Part shown: positions 18,133-26,693 of the stretch, piece after piece
Layout of the letters: each line of letters starts with the position of its first letter
How positions within the stretch are numbered: the stretch's first letter is position 1
IMG/VR virus record: IMGVR_UViG_3300030104_003662
Span: 62,001-96,799 of that record
Length of the DNA stretch: 34,799 bases
Direction: 5' to 3' (one strand)
DNA from: an uncultured virus (IMG/VR IMGVR_UViG_3300030104_003662)
Lineage: Duplodnaviria; Heunggongvirae; Uroviricota; Caudoviricetes
The notes under the pieces: model-generated
The model's database searches: none
What the model was told of the DNA's origin: nothing
The model's input: only the letters and a program-made list of their open reading frames with translations
Made by a program: the position numbers and the translations under genes

Positions 18133-19062
18133 CTATTTCTCCTCCATATTTCTCTTTAGTTTTGCTACAAAATACTCAACAAATGCCAAGTCATCATCCG
18201 GCCACTGTGTAGCCAGCATGACGAACTCGCCATATGTGAGCATGAATGTGTGCCAGTCACTCTCACTCTCCATGAGAGGCTTGGCACGCTGTCTAAGGCC
18301 CTTGAGCACACCTAGACGGCTGTAACCGCTTTCCATCGAATTGACGAGCAGGGCGGTAACCTGCGGGAAATCAGAACCCATTAGATTTAGGGCTGCTTTG
18401 TTAAGTGAGTTAGTGTCTCGCTTGAGGTAATTCACAAGTGCATCCGGTTCATTGCGTATACTCTCGATTACATCAATTGCTTTTCTAAGACTACCGTTAC
18501 AGTTCTGTAAAAGCATAGATAGATGATTGTTCCATTCTGCGGGTCTGCCCTCCGCATTGATGATAGTACCCAGTCTACCTGTGTCTGTATGGTGTATAGG
18601 CTTGAACTCGTATGTCAAGCACCTATCCCTAATCGCAGCGTGTATAGGGCTGATGTCATTTGCTGTAAGTATGAATATAGCAGACTTGTGACTCTCCTCC
18701 ATGATTTGACGGAGGGCTTTCTGCGCTGCCGAAGTTAGATTGTCGGCCTCATCCAGTACGAATACACGGCGCTTCACGCCTATGCCCTTTTGCTTGCTAA
18801 GGCGCTTAAGTTCACGAACATAATCTATACCTCTGTCATCACTTGCATTGGTTACTACAAAGTTCATAGGGTCAAAGAACTCGCCCATCATATCTTTAGC
18901 AAGAGCAAATGCTGCACTGGTCTTACCCACACCGGGTGGACCTACGAATAGAAGATTAGAGGGGCATGCCTCTAGGGTCCATTCACTGGCACCAGCAGTG
19001 AACGACTCACAGCCTACTAACTCACTCAGGGTAGTAGGTCGGTACTTCTCTCTCCAATTCAT
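18133..19062 (-). CDS. rfcS: Replication factor C small subunit (clamp loader)
   Basis: WREKYRP, GPPGVGKT, NASDDRG, LDEAD, AQKALR, RDRC, GSLRKAI. Confidence 0.95.
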   Translation of the reverse strand: MNWREKYRPTTLSELVGCESFTAGASEWTLEACPSNLLFVGPPGVGKTSAAFALAKDMMGEFFDPMNFVVTNASDDRGIDYVRELKRLSKQKGIGVKRRVFVLDEADNLTSAAQKALRQIMEESHKSAIFILTANDISPIHAAIRDRCLTYEFKPIHHTDTGRLGTIINAEGRPAEWNNHLSMLLQNCNGSLRKAIDVIESIRNEPDALVNYLKRDTNSLNKAALNLMGSDFPQVTALLVNSMESGYSRLGVLKGLRQRAKPLMESESDWHTFMLTYGEFVMLATQWPDDDLAFVEYFVAKLKRNMEEK

Positions 19063-19068
19063 CACTTC

Positions 19069-19108
19069 ACTATCCTTTCTTGTTTATTTATAACCGGAAC
19101 TTCTCAGT
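19069..19108 (-). promoter_or_regulatory. Conserved viral promoter repeat, copy 1 (upstream of RFC)
   Basis: Minus strand ACTGAGAAGTTCCGGTTATAAATAAACAAGAAAGGATAGT with TATA box TTATAAAT; 38/40 identical to copy 2. Confidence 0.8.
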
Positions 19109-20567
19109 CTATCGTTTCTATCAAATCAGTCAATTGGGAAACATCACTGTAGCCCATGCTCTCATCTAGGTATTCTAACTTACCTTGCTTGAGCGTAAGT
19201 GAATCTAAGTCAAAGGCGCTTATTTCTAACAGCACCACCATAGCGTATTCGTCTACAGGTAGCCAGCCAGTACCTGCCAGTACTCCGTCTCTAGCGAGCC
19301 GCTGCCTCATCTGCTGCGCTGGCCTTACAGGTATCTCCATCTCGCCTACTTCATACATCTCGTAGCCATCCATAGCAGCGAGCCGTACATGCGTGTTGAA
19401 CTCCTCATCCTTTCTAATAGCACTTACTAGTAAATGGATATGGAATGCGTCTTTGAGTATCAGCCAGCCGCCTTCTCCTCCTATCTTAAACGCACCCTTG
19501 TTGGTTAATCTCAATCGCTCTTGCTCTCCGAGGGACTCAAGCAAATGGCTCAAATCTGTAGAGGCTGATAAGGGCTTACCAGTTTTAACAGGGCACTTTA
19601 ATTCTAATCTATTTAGGTAGGAAATACGGTCGACATAATCTAACTTATGTATATTCCAATCATCACCTATTGACAAGACATCGGTTATACATTTGACATT
19701 AGTTATGTCTGCCTCTACTTCAAAGATAGCCTCTTGCTTGTAAGGTAATACTGACTCTGACAACTTTCCCACAACCTGACGGTCTCTATTGTACAAGACA
19801 CCCTTAAACACTCCGATTGGAAACTCAGTTATGTGCAGGTATCTCCTTGGCTTTGATACAACCTCGGCGTATACTTCTGTAGGCGTCACCAGTTTATTCC
19901 ACGCTCTATAGATAGGACCCTTGAAAGCGATTCCGGGTTGCATGGTCCTTATATCGAGGTCTACCTTTTCCTCTGCGAATAGTTTGTTTAGCACTTCTGC
20001 TGGACTCATAGTCTCAAGCATCCTTCTGACGGCCGTTAGACTCTGAGAGTGTCCGTCTCCTAGGTAAGATACCATTTGGAGGAATCTATCAACAGGCATC
20101 ATCGGACTTTCATCAAGTGCCCTTGACCAAAATAACAACGCCTCTTTCTCATTCATTTTGTTAGCAACCGCTAGGAACCCTAGGTCTTGTATGCGAGGCA
20201 TGAGAGTAAGGGCTTGTTTGACTGTCATCCCTTCGCCCCCATACTCAGGTGATTCTAACGATAGTAGAGGAATGATAGGCTTACCTGCCAGTGACTCATC
20301 CCACACCAATGGGGATATTGATAATTTTTTACATAGGTCTCCTCTGACCCAATGTATAGTAGTGAACTGCCTTTGGTATCGGGAATACTTAGGATAGAAA
20401 ATATCTATCAGCGACTCCATCTCATCTCCTACATCCCTTGTAGCCTGTTGAATAACAGTGAGTGCCTGTGAAAAATACATCGAACGATTCTCACGGTCGG
20501 TCAGCATCTTGCGATACAGCCGCCTGAGATTTTCAGAGATGTCAGCCGCTTCTGCTAGTAGCATCAT
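19104..20567 (-). CDS. ATP-dependent DNA ligase homolog, apparently lacking the KxDG catalytic motif
   Basis: Ligase-like layout: DBD helices, YAEVVSKPRRYLH in place of EYKYDGxRxQxH, TDVL...DRISYL, GWLILK, C-terminal OB fold. Confidence 0.6.
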   Translation of the reverse strand: MMLLAEAADISENLRRLYRKMLTDRENRSMYFSQALTVIQQATRDVGDEMESLIDIFYPKYSRYQRQFTTIHWVRGDLCKKLSISPLVWDESLAGKPIIPLLSLESPEYGGEGMTVKQALTLMPRIQDLGFLAVANKMNEKEALLFWSRALDESPMMPVDRFLQMVSYLGDGHSQSLTAVRRMLETMSPAEVLNKLFAEEKVDLDIRTMQPGIAFKGPIYRAWNKLVTPTEVYAEVVSKPRRYLHITEFPIGVFKGVLYNRDRQVVGKLSESVLPYKQEAIFEVEADITNVKCITDVLSIGDDWNIHKLDYVDRISYLNRLELKCPVKTGKPLSASTDLSHLLESLGEQERLRLTNKGAFKIGGEGGWLILKDAFHIHLLVSAIRKDEEFNTHVRLAAMDGYEMYEVGEMEIPVRPAQQMRQRLARDGVLAGTGWLPVDEYAMVVLLEISAFDLDSLTLKQGKLEYLDESMGYSDVSQLTDLIETID

Positions 20568-20577
20568 TCCTCCTCCA

Positions 20578-21066
20578 TTAGTCAAGCCACTCAATAGCGT
20601 TGTGCTTTTGGAAAAAGTCTTTATGGCGATTTGCTTCTACTTTATCTGCATACAATCTAGTATTCTTGGGATGTAACCTTTGTCTGTACCCGCAATTAGG
20701 GCAAGGACTCTGTATTTCATCTGTGAATATGAAGACTTCATCAGGGGATAGACTGATGAGTTTCGATGTCCTGACATTGAAAGTACCGCATTCTTTACAT
20801 TTCCAAAGAGCGTGATACTTTTTATCTTGAGGAGTGGGATAATTATGTCTAATCTTAGGGACTTTGGTAGATGTCTGCGGTAGAAGTCTATCCTTATCTA
20901 ATCTGTAATGGCACTCGTCTATTACAGTCACCAAGTCTTTAACTAACTTATCGTAACTTGCTGCCTTTTGTCTTAGTTCTCTCATCTCAATAACTAACTT
21001 ATCGTAACTTACTGCCTTCTGCTTCAAGGCTTGCATTTCACTAATTATTTCATCTATCGTTGTCAT
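20578..21066 (-). CDS. Coiled-coil plus Zn-ribbon protein with a 17-aa tandem repeat
   Basis: QKAxSYDKLV occurs twice; CKEC...CPNC. Confidence 0.7.
   Translation of the reverse strand: MTTIDEIISEMQALKQKAVSYDKLVIEMRELRQKAASYDKLVKDLVTVIDECHYRLDKDRLLPQTSTKVPKIRHNYPTPQDKKYHALWKCKECGTFNVRTSKLISLSPDEVFIFTDEIQSPCPNCGYRQRLHPKNTRLYADKVEANRHKDFFQKHNAIEWLD
20940..21021. repeat. Intragenic tandem duplication, 51-bp period
   Basis: TAACTAACTTATCGTAACTTRCTGCCTTYTG at 20940-20970 and 20991-21021. Confidence 0.85.
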
Positions 21067-21322
21067 CTGTTTCCCTCAGTTCTGCGAGGGCGTGTTGAAT
21101 TGCTTTGCATAGCGACGAAGCATCCTCTTGACTTAGTCTCACACCCTCTCTTGTGAAACCTGCTCCGCTAGGATGCTCTTCTGTTCTTCTGATTCTGATG
21201 TCTATAGTTGCAGGGTAGTCTCCCTTCGGGTCGGCTACGCTCATGACGACTTCTGCTTTACCTCGCCACTTGGCAGAGGTAGCAGGGACACGCCACTTGA
21301 TAGTCTGTTCAAAGCCTCTCAC
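21050..21322 (-). CDS. PC4/Sub1 (YdbC)-like ssDNA-binding protein
   Basis: IDIR...FTREGVRLSQEDASSL matches the PC4-family DIR...tkkGi.l motif. Confidence 0.65.
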   Translation of the reverse strand: MRGFEQTIKWRVPATSAKWRGKAEVVMSVADPKGDYPATIDIRIRRTEEHPSGAGFTREGVRLSQEDASSLCKAIQHALAELRETDDNDR

Positions 21323-21444
21323 TCTTCTTCACCACGCTTGTCAGGAGTCATGCCTCCCATGCACTGGGGGCATTTCCTAAACCCTGCCAATGTGTAATTA
21401 TCACACTTGCGTACTATACAATATCTCACTGTGAATCTAGCCAT
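21319..21444 (-). CDS. 41-aa Zn-finger microprotein (not in ORF track)
   Basis: MARFTVRYCIVRKCDNYTLAGFRKCPQCMGGMTPDKRGEEE*; SD GAGGGG; GTGA overlap with the next gene. Confidence 0.6.
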   Translation of the reverse strand: MARFTVRYCIVRKCDNYTLAGFRKCPQCMGGMTPDKRGEEE

Positions 21445-21462
21445 AACTAATCCCCTCTGTAC

Positions 21463-21660
21463 TTAATCGTACCTTTTTTTCCAAGCCCTTTCAGTCAACT
21501 GCTTAATTAGATAAGAAGAGCAATCCTTGCATATTTCATCTGCTGGGTATTGTACCCCGTCAAAGAATATACTGCCTATATTTTTTCGTACCGTATCCTC
21601 TATAGAAAGTTCGATAGCGCCGCATCTCTTGCACTCTTTGGCCTTGACCTCTTCACTCAT
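21463..21660 (-). CDS. Small Zn-finger protein
   Basis: CKRC...CKDC; ATGA-coupled. Confidence 0.65.
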   Translation of the reverse strand: MSEEVKAKECKRCGAIELSIEDTVRKNIGSIFFDGVQYPADEICKDCSSYLIKQLTERAWKKRYD

Positions 21661-21854
21661 GTCCTAGCCTCCAAGCACTCAGGGCATGTCGGTAATGTGT
21701 CAGCAAACTCGTTGCTCATCTTAGTGTTATGCCAACTGATACCTTCGTTGTCGTATCCGCACAGTATCTTATTCCCTCTCCTGATGTGAATTACCTTGGG
21801 AGTAATTTTTTTCTCACCATAAGCCCACTCTACATTTGACAACTTAATCCCCAT
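21657..21854 (-). CDS. Small His/Cys Zn-finger protein
   Basis: H...LCG...TCPEC; probable start ATG 21854. Confidence 0.6.
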   Translation of the reverse strand: MGIKLSNVEWAYGEKKITPKVIHIRRGNKILCGYDNEGISWHNTKMSNEFADTLPTCPECLEART

Positions 21855-22089
21855 CCCTGTATCTTTGGTACGCTTCTTCTTCTGCATCTGCTTTGGCTCT
21901 TTCGTGGTCGAACCACTCGTACTTGTCAGTGGCAATCTCTTCTACATCATCTTCAATTTCTGTTGGATAATTATGTATGTAACTCTCTAACAAGTCGAGC
22001 AAATCATCGGGTGTCATGTTGTCACGCAATAGTGCAAACGCACTACCGTAACCACAGTGTTCTACTATCTCGTTTAATTTTTCAGACAT
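21844..22089 (-). CDS. Acidic hypothetical protein
   Basis: 81 aa, D/E-rich; SD-containing junction repeat upstream. Confidence 0.65.
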   Translation of the reverse strand: MSEKLNEIVEHCGYGSAFALLRDNMTPDDLLDLLESYIHNYPTEIEDDVEEIATDKYEWFDHERAKADAEEEAYQRYRDGD

Positions 22090-22423
22090 CTGTTTCCCTC
22101 AGTTGTTTTCGCTTCTCCATCAGTCGGTCAGTTATTCTGAAAAGCCTTGTCTGTCGGTTTCCATTTCTTTCACGGACTAGGTTTTCTACGGGTGCGTATA
22201 GTTCTTCATAAAACTCTTCATCTGTTATACTAGCATCTTTGAAATCCCAAACCCAAAGAGTCCCATATTTTAACACATGCTCAGGCTGTTCGTCACCTTC
22301 AAGGCTAGTTTCAACTATGATGTCAAATAAAGACCTAGTGCCTTCACCTTCTGTTTGTTCTATTCGTTCCATTTCATATTCAAGCACTAATCTTAATATC
22401 TCTTGTTCTGTTCTTTTTCTCAT
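22082..22423 (-). CDS. Hypothetical protein
   Basis: 113 aa; SD GAGG; tiles with neighbours. Confidence 0.65.
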   Translation of the reverse strand: MRKRTEQEILRLVLEYEMERIEQTEGEGTRSLFDIIVETSLEGDEQPEHVLKYGTLWVWDFKDASITDEEFYEELYAPVENLVRERNGNRQTRLFRITDRLMEKRKQLRETDV

Positions 22424-22425
22424 AT

Positions 22426-22710
22426 TTATTCCTCCTCTTCACTATAGTCCTCTTTGCACTGTGTGCCACAGAAAGACTGTCCCTCTTTGGGTATGAAAAT
22501 CTTGACTTGAGGTACTCCGTTATGCTCAGCACCTTCGGTGCATCCGTCGTATTCGCACTCTATATACCGCTTGTCAATAGAAGAAATCCATCCTCCATCT
22601 TGTAACTTGGTATACTTGATACCGTCTCTAGTGTACGATTCATCAACTTCATAATCTCTTGGTACTCGTACCTTGGCGTGGAATGTTATTGTAAATCCCT
22701 CCATATTCAT
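22426..22710 (-). CDS. Hypothetical protein with C-terminal Cys cluster
   Basis: CEYDGC...FCGTQC; start MNMEG with ATGA overlap and GGAGG SD. Confidence 0.6.
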   Translation of the reverse strand: MNMEGFTITFHAKVRVPRDYEVDESYTRDGIKYTKLQDGGWISSIDKRYIECEYDGCTEGAEHNGVPQVKIFIPKEGQSFCGTQCKEDYSEEEE

Positions 22711-23408
22711 TCCTCCTCTCCTACAGGTGCGTAGATAACTACTGACCCTCTTACATGCGGTGGTAACAAAAGACCAGTCGTAGGGCAAAATGTACCTAGT
22801 ACTAACACATTGCCGAGTCCAGCATCCACCATTTCTATAATCTGCAAACGGCTCAGTGCCGTGTAATTGACATTACCGCTTCTGTAGGACATGAGTAAGT
22901 CATCACCTGCTAGTAGGGTATAGTCGTAAGGTTCCATCGGTACTTGTGTATCACATACCGGGCACTGTATAATAACGCTCCACTGCTCTACATCTTTTTC
23001 AACTTCACCATCAGGTAGCATCATATCTTGGTGCCCGTCAAAGTTCCATAGTCCCTTTTCCAAGGGAAATGCAGACAGAGGTGTTTCGCACTCAGGGCAA
23101 GGCCACTTCTGAGCAGCCTCGACTCGTAGTTGCATCTCCTTCATATGCTGCTGCTGTGGTGTTAGGTTCTGTACATCAATCATACTCACTTCGCTGTCGT
23201 CTATATCCCAGCCTATGCTGTCTAGTAAGTGCTGCATCCTTACCTTTGCTTGTGCAGCAATAGGTGTGTTGTGTTGCTCTATTAGTTTGAGTTGACTTTC
23301 TCCTACTTTCATGTAGGATAAGCCTAAGCCCGCTGGCTCCCATAAGGCATTCATCCTCAGTTTGTTCAGTATATCTTGTGCTACATTTTCAGGCGTATTC
23401 GTTTCCAT
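22707..23408 (-). CDS. Zn-ribbon-containing hypothetical protein
   Basis: CPEC...CPVC; likely start ATG 23408. Confidence 0.7.
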   Translation of the reverse strand: METNTPENVAQDILNKLRMNALWEPAGLGLSYMKVGESQLKLIEQHNTPIAAQAKVRMQHLLDSIGWDIDDSEVSMIDVQNLTPQQQHMKEMQLRVEAAQKWPCPECETPLSAFPLEKGLWNFDGHQDMMLPDGEVEKDVEQWSVIIQCPVCDTQVPMEPYDYTLLAGDDLLMSYRSGNVNYTALSRLQIIEMVDAGLGNVLVLGTFCPTTGLLLPPHVRGSVVIYAPVGEEE

Positions 23409-23724
23409 AGTTCTCCCTCTCATTTTTCATCCAAAGCATCCAATCGCAACATTTTGTAGCCATCAACATGGCATAGTTAGTCACGAGTACGACAGTGCTC
23501 TCCGGTAATGTCTCGTGACATTGGGGGCACTTATCAAAGTGATTGTTAGCAGGGGTTATCATGATTACCTCTTGGTACTCATCTCCCCCGCTCTCTTTCC
23601 TCACATGCTCAGGTACAGGTATAGTGGAGCCGAGCAAAGGTATGCGCTCTCCTTTACGCAACCAATTACCTTCGCTGTCAATGTCCTCCGGCTTCATCCA
23701 CTCTCCTGTAAAATCTCTGCTCAA
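23389..23724 (-). CDS. Cys-containing hypothetical protein
   Basis: CPQC...CC; ATGA-coupled to the DUF932 gene. Confidence 0.6.
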   Translation of the reverse strand: MSRDFTGEWMKPEDIDSEGNWLRKGERIPLLGSTIPVPEHVRKESGGDEYQEVIMITPANNHFDKCPQCHETLPESTVVLVTNYAMLMATKCCDWMLWMKNERENYGNEYA

Positions 23725-25238
23725 TGAAGCACCTCTGAAAACAGAGGTACTTTCTCTAGTTGGTCTTCGATAGATACGCCGTTGACCGACTTGGTTGTAA
23801 TGTCTCCGAGTATCTTATGCACCTTTTGCAAGCGGTCAGTGAAAGTGTTGAAGTTCAAGGTGGAGCCAGTCAGCACTGCCTTTCCATCAGTCCAAGTAGG
23901 CTTGTGAGTAATAGCACCGGTCAAGACATTGTAGACATGGTAAAGAGAGCCTCTGTCCTCATTGTTGACTGCTACCCAAGGTTCGCTAGGCTGAGTCCAG
24001 CCCTGTCCCATGAGTCTCCACATGTGACCACGAGTAATTGAAGTGACTTCGCCAGCGTCGTTGCGCTTAAGTGTAGGCTTAGCAATCAACCCTGCACGCT
24101 CGCAAATCGTCATTATTTTCTCAAATGTATTTCTGTTAACTCCGACATCTTTCATGGTTTCTGCCACAATGATTTCCTTTGCAGCCATTTCCATAACTTC
24201 ATTTATCTTATCAGCCAGTCCTTCAAAGTCATATTGACCGAGTACGCCATTAGTGTGTTTGAGGTTAACCAAGGTAGCACGGTCGCCCATGACTTGCCCG
24301 TTCGTACACACTAGTCGCTCACCTACGGCCTGTACCTTAAATGCAGACGAGCCGTCTAAACTATTCATGATGGTGATACCTACTCGGTATTCACCGTTGT
24401 TTCTGAAACCTCGCCTTTGCCATTTCTCCCCAAGGCTTCTACCTGCCTTTTCCCAATCTACACTACTACTGACATCGCAGAAACAAGCGGCTGCTTTGCC
24501 CTCGTTCCATGCTAATACTTGAGCGGGCCATCCATTCTTTGCGGCCAAGTCAAGTACAGGTCCGAATCCCTTACGATAAGGCATCGGATAATAAGAAGCA
24601 CTAAAGGTACCGAGGTGTGCGCCCGCAGGTCTTTTCTCACTTTTGTAAAGTGGGTTGAATATATGATAAGCAGTAGGCTCACCCTTTTCATTGTTAACTC
24701 TCGCTATAGTCGCTTGCCTACCGTCATCTGAGTCAGAGTGCATCACGAAGGCTGGCTTACGCACTGGGTCAAAGTCCCAGTCTATACTTGCCTTTTCCTC
24801 ACGACCACCTGCATACAACATACCGTCGAATGGGCCTGTGGCTTCATTGACGGTCACGCCATCTACTGTAATCGAAGGTGCATCTGCACTAACCCACATG
24901 GGTACTTCATCATCTAATTCATCTTGCTCGTCTATTGGTAATTTTTCATTGTTTTCCATTGCATTCACTATTCCTATTTGTTCTTCTGTTATGTGCAGAG
25001 GTGCGTTGTGCATAAGTGTATTACTAAGTTTTTCACCAAGTTCACTTTCGTCTGCCCGTACCAGTACTGCTATTCGCCCGTTGCTTATCTTGTCAAGGCG
25101 TGCTACGCAAGTTCTTGGTACTATTACGCTAGTTACACCGTGTGTAGATGGGTACTCCATCTCCACAGCACTAGCACTACTGCTCGTTACTTTTCCTATT
25201 ACTACTATGTCATCCATGTATATGTCTCCTTGTCTCAT
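23721..25238 (-). CDS. DUF932-family protein with N-terminal extension
   Basis: NSLDGSSA...RLVCTNG...LKHT and SLYHVYNVLT are DUF932 signatures. Confidence 0.8.
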   Translation of the reverse strand: MRQGDIYMDDIVVIGKVTSSSASAVEMEYPSTHGVTSVIVPRTCVARLDKISNGRIAVLVRADESELGEKLSNTLMHNAPLHITEEQIGIVNAMENNEKLPIDEQDELDDEVPMWVSADAPSITVDGVTVNEATGPFDGMLYAGGREEKASIDWDFDPVRKPAFVMHSDSDDGRQATIARVNNEKGEPTAYHIFNPLYKSEKRPAGAHLGTFSASYYPMPYRKGFGPVLDLAAKNGWPAQVLAWNEGKAAACFCDVSSSVDWEKAGRSLGEKWQRRGFRNNGEYRVGITIMNSLDGSSAFKVQAVGERLVCTNGQVMGDRATLVNLKHTNGVLGQYDFEGLADKINEVMEMAAKEIIVAETMKDVGVNRNTFEKIMTICERAGLIAKPTLKRNDAGEVTSITRGHMWRLMGQGWTQPSEPWVAVNNEDRGSLYHVYNVLTGAITHKPTWTDGKAVLTGSTLNFNTFTDRLQKVHKILGDITTKSVNGVSIEDQLEKVPLFSEVLH

Positions 25239-25268
25239 CCGTTTTGCTGGTTTCCTAAAAAGGTATTT

Positions 25269-25308
25269 ACTATCTTTTCTTGTTTATTTATAACCGGAAC
25301 TCCTCAGT
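25269..25308 (-). promoter_or_regulatory. Conserved viral promoter repeat, copy 2 (upstream of DUF932)
   Basis: Minus strand ACTGAGGAGTTCCGGTTATAAATAAACAAGAAAAGATAGT. Confidence 0.8.
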
Positions 25309-25355
25309 GGCCTTTTTCAAGCAATCACTAAATGACAGAAAGGGATGGGGTTAAC

Positions 25356-26144
25356 ATGGGCGGAGCATTTGAACAAGCATGGTTGCTTCTCAAGGCTGCA
25401 TTTCAACCCAGTGAAGGGCGCTTCATTGGTTCAGGTATGAATCAGTCTGTATATGGTCAAGCGGGTAACCCTGATGTAGTCAAGGTAGGTGACCTATCGC
25501 AGAATCCTAGGCAATTAGACGACATGTATTACCATCATTTGCTTAGTCAATTACCTAGTCTACCTATGTTCCCCGGCCAAAGTCCGATAGAACAAACCGC
25601 TGAATTACCAAGTGAAGTTAACACCGCTAGCCTACCTATGTTATCCACCCAACCTAGAGTCGATGGGTTGGAAAGAAGCGGTGCTGGCCTGTACGCCGAT
25701 ACAGTAAGAGGTAGGAAACTAGCCGATGCACTCTATGACATAGGCGACCAAGGTAAGTTAATAGAAGCGATGGGCCTTTCTGATTTGAAGAGGGAGAATT
25801 GGGGTGCTACTAAGCAGGGTATACCTGAACAAATAGTCACAGGGGAGCCTAGTCAGAGATTAGTACAAGTACACGACCCCTCTTTCTACTCTCACCTAGA
25901 TGCATCGCAAGAGGCTGCCGAAGGTAGAGGCCCTGCTCCTCGTAAGTTGGGTAGAGATTACAACATACCCGCAGGTACATTAGAAGAGTTCGCTCGTACA
26001 GTAGACCGTAACCCATTTGATAAATATACCGAGCCAATCGAAGAATCATTCTACGATTTCAGTAAAAATCCCGAAGAGGGCCTTGAGCGACTCAACCAAA
26101 GGCAAACGGCCATTGATGATATGATGGCTTCACTCGGACTCTGA
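25356..26144 (+). CDS. Protein-kinase-like (PKL-fold) protein on the opposite strand
   Basis: IGSGMNQSVY (Gly loop), VVK, DLKRENW (catalytic loop), HDPSF (DFG equivalent). Start is ATG 25356 or 25332. Confidence 0.6.
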   Translation: MGGAFEQAWLLLKAAFQPSEGRFIGSGMNQSVYGQAGNPDVVKVGDLSQNPRQLDDMYYHHLLSQLPSLPMFPGQSPIEQTAELPSEVNTASLPMLSTQPRVDGLERSGAGLYADTVRGRKLADALYDIGDQGKLIEAMGLSDLKRENWGATKQGIPEQIVTGEPSQRLVQVHDPSFYSHLDASQEAAEGRGPAPRKLGRDYNIPAGTLEEFARTVDRNPFDKYTEPIEESFYDFSKNPEEGLERLNQRQTAIDDMMASLGL

Positions 26145-26438
26145 TAAGTCAGTTGGCTTGCCATAATCACGGACTTTGTATTCAGCGACTAGGTGACTTA
26201 TGCCGGGTTCATTTGCAAACTTTACCATCGTACCTACATCGGACCAATCCTCCTTAGTAGTATAGGGTAGATTCTTTTGTACAACTTTCCAAATGAACTC
26301 TGCAACAAAGTGCTTAAGTGCTTTCTCGTCATCACCATAAATCCGTATTATCTCATCAAGCATTTTCAACATACCGTGTAAGTTATCATACCACATGTCG
26401 TTATCGGTATCTCCTACTAAATTGTAATCTATTCCCAT
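26130..26438 (-). CDS. Hypothetical protein
   Basis: 102 aa; SD GGAGAGG; 15-bp convergent overlap with the kinase-like gene. Confidence 0.6.
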   Translation of the reverse strand: MGIDYNLVGDTDNDMWYDNLHGMLKMLDEIIRIYGDDEKALKHFVAEFIWKVVQKNLPYTTKEDWSDVGTMVKFANEPGISHLVAEYKVRDYGKPTDLSESE

Positions 26439-26693
26439 CTATTCCTCTCCTTTCAATATCCAGTTGTCAGGTTTCTGACTGACTCTTAAAAATCTCTTCT
26501 GCGAATCTGTTCTTAACAAAGTGCTGATTGCTCTTGACGGTATGTTATCCATGCTGTAGATACTCTTACCCTCCCTCTCCAGTAAATTAAGCACCCTGTC
26601 CTTTATCGCATGGTGCGGTAGTGGCGATTCAGCCACCAATAGTATTTGCTCTGCATAGTTTCTAAACCTGTCTTTGTTAGTTAATCCCATCAT
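26439..26693 (-). CDS. Winged-helix (HARE-HTH-like) DNA-binding protein
   Basis: AEQIL...PL...I...ISTLL...RFLRV...W.L pattern; ATGA overlap with the helicase stop. Confidence 0.55.
   Translation of the reverse strand: MMGLTNKDRFRNYAEQILLVAESPLPHHAIKDRVLNLLEREGKSIYSMDNIPSRAISTLLRTDSQKRFLRVSQKPDNWILKGEE

Noticed and set aside
19069..19108. Origin recognition box reading of the GTTCCGGT motif
   Set aside because: It lacks the GGAAAC half and G-string, the copies are dispersed, and each sits upstream of a gene block with a TATA box.
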